From Octopus sinensis (taxonomy: Eukaryota): a stretch of 12,673 nt of DNA. Below, in pieces: positions 8,012-12,673 of this stretch (position 1 is the stretch's first letter; every line of letters begins with the position of its first letter). The DNA is taken from positions 1 through 12,673 of the forward strand of contig NW_021826492.1 in assembly GCF_006345805.1 (NCBI RefSeq), in the 5' to 3' direction. The notes under the pieces were generated by a model. The model searched no databases. It saw only the letters and a program-made list of their open reading frames with translations, and was not told the DNA's origin. A program made the translations under genes and the position numbers.

Positions 8012-8067
8012 CCTATCCATCTATCTATCTATCTTTCCATTTATCCATCTATCTACCTATCTTTCTA
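7961..8067. repeat. (TCTG)n-(TCTA)n tetranucleotide microsatellite
   Basis: Directly visible. Confidence 0.95.
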
Positions 8068-8100
8068 CATTTAGAAATATACTTTAATATATAGCATTCT

Positions 8101-8264
8101 GACATCTCGTCCGTTTTTACGTCCTTGGTTCAAATTCCGCCGAGGTCAACTTTGCCTTTCTTCCTTTCAGGGTCGATAAAATAACTACCAATTAAGCACT
8201 GGAGTCAATGTAATCAACTTACCCCTCCCACGAAATTGCTGGCCTTGTGAGAAAATTTGAAATC
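8101..8264 (+). mobile_element. 5'-truncated SINE family A copy with a different 3' tail
   Basis: 8119-8220 aligns with 7746-7840 (GGTTCAAATTCCGCCGAGGTCAACTTTGCCTTTC...CACTGGAGTCAATGTAATCAACTTA). The tail then diverges (CCCCTCCCACGAAATTGCTGGCCTTGTG). Confidence 0.85.
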
Positions 8265-8275
8265 GGTATATCACA

Positions 8276-8667
8276 GGCGCATAAGTGGCTCTGTGGTAAG
8301 TAGCTTGCTTACCAACCACATGGTTCCGGGTTCAGCCCCACGGCGTGGCACTTTGGCCAAGTGTCTTCAACTATAGCCTCGGGCCGACCAAAACCTTGTG
8401 AGTGGATTTAGTAGACGGAAACGGAAAGAAGCCCGTCGTATATATGTATATGTGTGTGCATCTGTGTTTGTCCCCCCCCCCCAACATCGCTTGCAAACCA
8501 ATGCTGGTGTATGTACGTCCTCGTAACTTAATGGTTCGGCAAAAGAGACCGATAGAATAAGTAGTAGGCTTACAAAGAATAAGTCCTGGGGTCGATTTGC
8601 TCGACTAAAGGCGGTGCTCCAGCATGACCGCAGTCAAATGACTGAAACAAGTAAAGAGAGAGAGAGA
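8276..8667 (+). mobile_element. Full-length tRNA-derived SINE, family B (octopus-type)
   Basis: A box TGGCTCTGTGG 8286-8296 and B box GGTTCAGCCCC 8329-8339. CORE-like start CACTTTGGCCAAGTGTCTT, internal TA/TG microsatellite, hairpin GTCGA-TTTGC-TCGAC 8591-8605, and an AG-repeat tail. A second copy lies at 12518. Confidence 0.87.
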
Positions 8668-9125
8668 TTATATAATATTCTGCATCAGAAATGCAGAGTG
8701 CTGAATAAGAGTCTTAATAAGTTTCATAGAGCTTATTATATCAGAAATACATGCGAGAATATACATTTAATAGCCATGAAACCCGTAAACATATACAATG
8801 CCGAAACAAACATTTCTGTGCTGAACGTAAGAACTACAGTTTCATGTGAGTGTGTAGTCTTTAGCGTGGTGGAAAGACCGTAGTTGTAACGTCGGTAAAT
8901 CGTATCAATGTTGCAAGGATTTAAGCTGATAAACCCAATGGAGTCTCAGGTTGAAATTATTCGTCATGTGAGGGAAATTAAATTTTCACTTCACTCATTG
9001 TAAATTGAGAAATACTTTTGGTTGCACATTATATAACATGAGTTAATTCAGCATGTGAAATAATTCATATTAATCTTTGAAAGCAATTCTCAATGTTTAG
9101 ATATGCTTCTACGTATACAATCGAT

Positions 9126-9308
9126 TATCACCGTCATCGTGACCGACCAGGCTATCAGATGTTGCTACACATCGCTGGTCACAATGCGCTTCGCATAGGT
9201 TTTAGCCTTCAAATGACGCCACCCCGCTGGCTAAGCGAGCAGGCCAACAGAAGAAAGAGTGAGAGAAAGTTGTGACGAAAGAGTATAGCAGGGATCGCCA
9301 CTACCCCC
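9126..9308 (-). mobile_element. 3' portion of a further octopus-type SINE (head missing)
   Basis: GC-rich segment GGGGGTAGTGGCGATCCCTGCTATACTCTTTCGTCACAACTTTCTCTCACTCTTTCTTCTGTTGGCCTGCTCGCTTAGCCAGCGGGGTGGCG...GGTCGGTCACGATGACGGTGAT, which I recall as the body and tail of a high-copy octopus SINE. There is no second copy in the window to confirm this. Confidence 0.65.
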
Positions 9309-9384
9309 TACGTTTTTGCATTGTTTCTTCATGGAATTGAGTACACATACTCTTATTTTGAGTGCTATATTTCCTGTTTGCACC

Positions 9385-9830
9385 GAATACCTGTATATAT
9401 AATATATATGTAAATATAAGTATGCAGACATACACATATGCATAGGTATAACACAGATGAGCATAAATATTCATTCATATATATGCATGTATGTATACTT
9501 ATAATATATATAAGCGTTGTACACGCACATACACATATAACCATGTATAACTGGTCACATCTTAGGCATCTTCACTTATCAACAAACATGCGCACACACT
9601 TACACAACTACAGGTACCTTCATACACAAACACATATACACACATACAGATAGATATATCTAGATATACTCAAAGACACGCACGTATACGCACACTGTCA
9701 ACATTTACAGACACCGACGCGCTCATACAAACGCACATGTGCATACACACCTGGAGATATGCACACACACACACACGCACGTGCACACACACACACGCAC
9801 GTGCACATACACGTATAAACACACCTGCAT
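9385..9830. repeat. Degenerate (CA)/(TA) microsatellite region
   Basis: Long alternating purine-pyrimidine sequence with (CA)n runs near 9762-9800. Confidence 0.75.
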
Positions 9831-10054
9831 ACGCAGATGTTCGACACACTTTATTTATTTACACATTTTCCATCGCTGAAACCAACCAACCGACCCACAG
9901 CGAACAAAAAAAAAATGAAAAGCATTAAAAATGAAGAAAATGTCGATGTAGAAACCTCTACCCCCTTTGAACCCGAATACATAAATAGATAAAGAAATAA
10001 AATAAAATAAACAATCATTACAAACAAATCAAATAAACACCATCATGGCGAAGA

Positions 10055-10181
10055 TATATATAATATATATATATGTATGTATGTATATATATATATATAT
10101 ATAGATATATATATAGATATATATATATAGATAGATAGATAATAGATAGATGATAGATAGATAGATTGATAGATAGACAGA

Positions 10182-10225
<44 letters not shown>

Positions 10226-10382
10226 TAGATAGAATAGATAGATAATAGATAGATAGATATAGATAGATAGATAGACAGATAGATAGACAGATAGATAGAT
10301 AGATAGATAGTAGATAGATAGATAATAGATAGATAGACAGATAGATAGACAGATAGATAGACAGATAGATAGATAGATAGAT

Positions 10383-10432
<50 letters not shown>

Positions 10433-10455
10433 CAGATAGATAGATAGATACAAAG
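10055..10455. repeat. (TA)n followed by a long (GATA)n/(GACA)n microsatellite
   Basis: About 320 bp of GATA/GACA units; they explain the IYLS-repeat ORFs. Confidence 0.97.
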
Positions 10456-10512
10456 ATATATATGCATAAACAGATATAATATAGACATTGAATATTATAT
10501 GCATATGTTTTT

Positions 10513-10515
<3 letters not shown>

Positions 10516-10575
<60 letters not shown>

Positions 10576-10645
10576 GTACATATTTATACATGTGCTTACA
10601 AGTATATATATATATTTGTATCTATGTGTATATCTATGTATATAC
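10516..10645. repeat. (TA)n microsatellite with degenerate continuation
   Basis: Near-perfect TA run at 10519-10561. Confidence 0.95.
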
Positions 10646-10756
10646 GAAACAAGCACAAAAAAAGAGCCTTTCGTACGAAACCACTTAAACTTATTAAGCT
10701 GCACTTTGTAGCATCCACTGTATTGATGCAACATAAAAAAAAAAACAGAAAAATAC

Positions 10757-10894
10757 CTCGTGTGTTCACCTCCTCTACAGCATCAATTTCTCTTCTATTA
10801 CAAACCCGATTCAATCCGATTGTTCGAGATACACGCTAAGATGGCGTCCGACTAACTCTAATGACGTAGCATTGCTAGCGAACAATGGCGGCAA
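10757..10894 (-). promoter_or_regulatory. Putative non-coding exon or promoter island with YY1-like and CRE-like motifs
   Basis: Nine CpGs in 10807-10890. Motifs AAGATGGCG 10838-10846, ACAATGGCGGC 10882-10892 and TGACGTA 10862-10868. On the minus strand, a long T-rich tract plus CCCCAG precedes 10894 and GAG|GTATTT follows 10757. Confidence 0.4.
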
Positions 10895-11154
10895 CTGGGG
10901 AGAGTTTGGAAATAGAAAAAGGCAAAAGCAAAAAAAAAAAAAAAAAAAATAAGAAAAAACAAAAACAAGAAAAACTTTCTTGAATCTCCATCTTTAAAGC
11001 TATCGTTTTGTTGTTATTGTTGTTGTCTTCTCAATGTGTTGCTTGTTGAAAAGGCAGCTTGATTGCTCGCTTCCCTATCTGCGTCTATTGTAGCTTGCAT
11101 TTTCCTTCTTTAACCTTCTCTCTTTCTCTCCTTCAGTCTGTATTTATTTATTTA

Positions 11155-11340
11155 TTCATTTCTTCTTCATCGTTTTCTTCTCTTCTTCTTCTTCTTCTTC
11201 TTCTTCTTCTTCTTCTTTCTTCTTATTCTTCTTCTTCTTCTCTTTTCTTCTTTCTTCTTCTTTCTTCTTTTCGTCTTTTCTTTTTCTTCTTCTTCTTCAC
11301 CTTTTTCTTCTTCTTCTTCTCTTCTTCTTCTTCTTCTCCA
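11155..11340. repeat. (CTT)n microsatellite, imperfect
   Basis: Directly visible; it explains the poly-L/S/F ORF. Confidence 0.95.
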
Positions 11341-11375
11341 GCTTTCTATATCTCATATCTTGGATATACAGGCAT

Positions 11376-11377
<2 letters not shown>

Positions 11378-11416
<39 letters not shown>

Positions 11417-11420
11417 ACAC
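11378..11420. repeat. (AC)n microsatellite
   Basis: Near-perfect AC run. Confidence 0.97.
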
Positions 11421-12061
11421 ATTCACATCCCTCTGCAAATTCATACGTATACACTAACATGAATACAAGCATATAGGTTTTTACCAGAGCCTATACACAG
11501 ATAAATACATATACACACATATATAGATAAAATTTACTTACATACATATACAAAGTGAATCTGTAAATTACAGTACACACTGTGACCACTTGCTGTCACT
11601 TACTGGAACAATAACGGCATCTACTCTTCTGGCCAAGCAAAATATATGCCGCATTTATTCTACCCTGAGTATCTTTATTTCCTCACCCCACAACACTAAC
11701 AATTAGACCCCATTGGAGCCTCTTACCCAATCTTTCTTTCATCAATTACTACAGCTTAAGAAGCTATTGCAACGCCTCCTGCTTTTACTTTGCGCACAAT
11801 GCAACAGGAAAGCTCTTGGCTACCTCTCTTCATTTTATCAAATTGGCCGTGGAGGCCTTACAGAGAAGCAATGCGGGAAGGACAAAATGACAAATACGAA
11901 TGATGTAAATGGGAAGAGTATTTTGGCTGCCTCTCTTGCTACACATTCAGTATCCTGAAAGACTTATGCTGACGAACGCTTTTCCTTGACATAGCAATAA
12001 TGGTCTCGGAAAGATTAGTCTTACTCACCAGAGCCAGAATATTTTCTTACCCATATAACTA

Positions 12062-12116
12062 TCAGATTTGAACCTCAGATTTGAACATCAGATTTGAACA
12101 TCAGATTTGAACCTCA
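12062..12116. repeat. 13-bp tandem repeat, four copies of TCAGATTTGAAC(C/A)
   Basis: Units start at 12062, 12075, 12088 and 12101, with a partial unit at 12114. Confidence 0.95.
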
Positions 12117-12517
12117 ATTGATCACTGTTCTCAAATCAGAGACATCCTAAATCGCATCCAGAAAAAGATCGCTCGACTGAGTCACATCAAATCATTCCAC
12201 AACACGCTCTAAATTCGTATTATATAGACGTCTCACTCATCTCTTGTACCTTTTCCTTCTCTATACCCTCTCTCTCCCCCCCTCTCTCTCACTCGCCTCC
12301 GGGCATGCTGGGGCGTCGAGTTCAAGTATGTTGCTCATTTATATCAATGGTAGTATTTTGCCTCTTACTGTTGCATTTTTTTATCATAGGGTACGCGAGA
12401 AATAGCAGTGAAGAAATATCAGTTCATTTCAACAGACAAAATACTACGGTTTATGATTTGCATTATTATATGCTCAAGTGAAGGGTTTACAGATTGATTA
12501 GAATATGATTAGGGCAC

Positions 12518-12673
12518 TGGTTCCAGGTCAGTACCACTACGTGGCACCTTGAGCAAGTGTCTTCTACTATCGCCTCGGGCCAACCAAAGCATTGTGAGTG
12601 GATTTGGTAGACGGGAACTGATTGAAGACCGTCGTATATATGTCGTATGTATGTGTATGTATGTGTATATGGT
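12518..12673 (+). mobile_element. SINE family B copy, 5'-eroded, running off the window end
   Basis: TGGTTCCAGGTCAGTACCACTACGTGGCACCTTGAGCAAGTGTCTTCTACTATCGCCTCGGGCCAACCAAAGCATTGTGAGTGGATTTGGTAGACGG aligns with 8321-8418. Confidence 0.88.

Noticed and set aside
9438-11457. Multiple overlapping ORFs over CA, GATA, TA and CTT repeats
   Set aside because: Simple-repeat artefacts.
11713-11958. 81-aa Leu-rich ORF
   Set aside because: It has a non-ATG start, no recognisable motif and no supporting splice structure.
11969-12025. CUGACGA followed later by GAAA, a possible third hammerhead
   Set aside because: There is no credible stem II or stem I pairing.
12062-12116. Possible CRISPR-like array
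   Set aside because: The units are directly adjacent with no spacers, and the context is eukaryotic.

Overview
Eukaryotic, AT-rich, microsatellite-dense non-coding DNA. The SINE families look like those I recall from octopus genomes, so the source is probably an octopod cephalopod (inference, not a database result). I see no intact protein-coding gene, and most ORFs in the supplied track are translations of simple repeats. Real coding remnants are all transposon-derived and on the minus strand: a 5'-truncated RTE-clade LINE with an apparent target-site duplication (2605-3244), and a decayed Tc1-like element (4230-5039) joined to a decayed mariner fragment (about 3880-4232). There are at least seven tRNA-derived SINE copies or fragments. 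The most interesting signals lie outside the ORF track: two different type I hammerhead ribozyme folds on the plus strand. One (7338-7401) is near-canonical and is followed by about 220 bp unusually rich in palindromes and hairpins; the other (5266-5329) is more degenerate and lies in a ~300 bp segment bounded by a 14-bp direct repeat. They may be remnants of retrozyme or Penelope-like elements. A CpG-rich island with two YY1-type motifs, bounded by minus-strand splice signals (10757-10894), may be a non-coding exon or promoter of a host gene.
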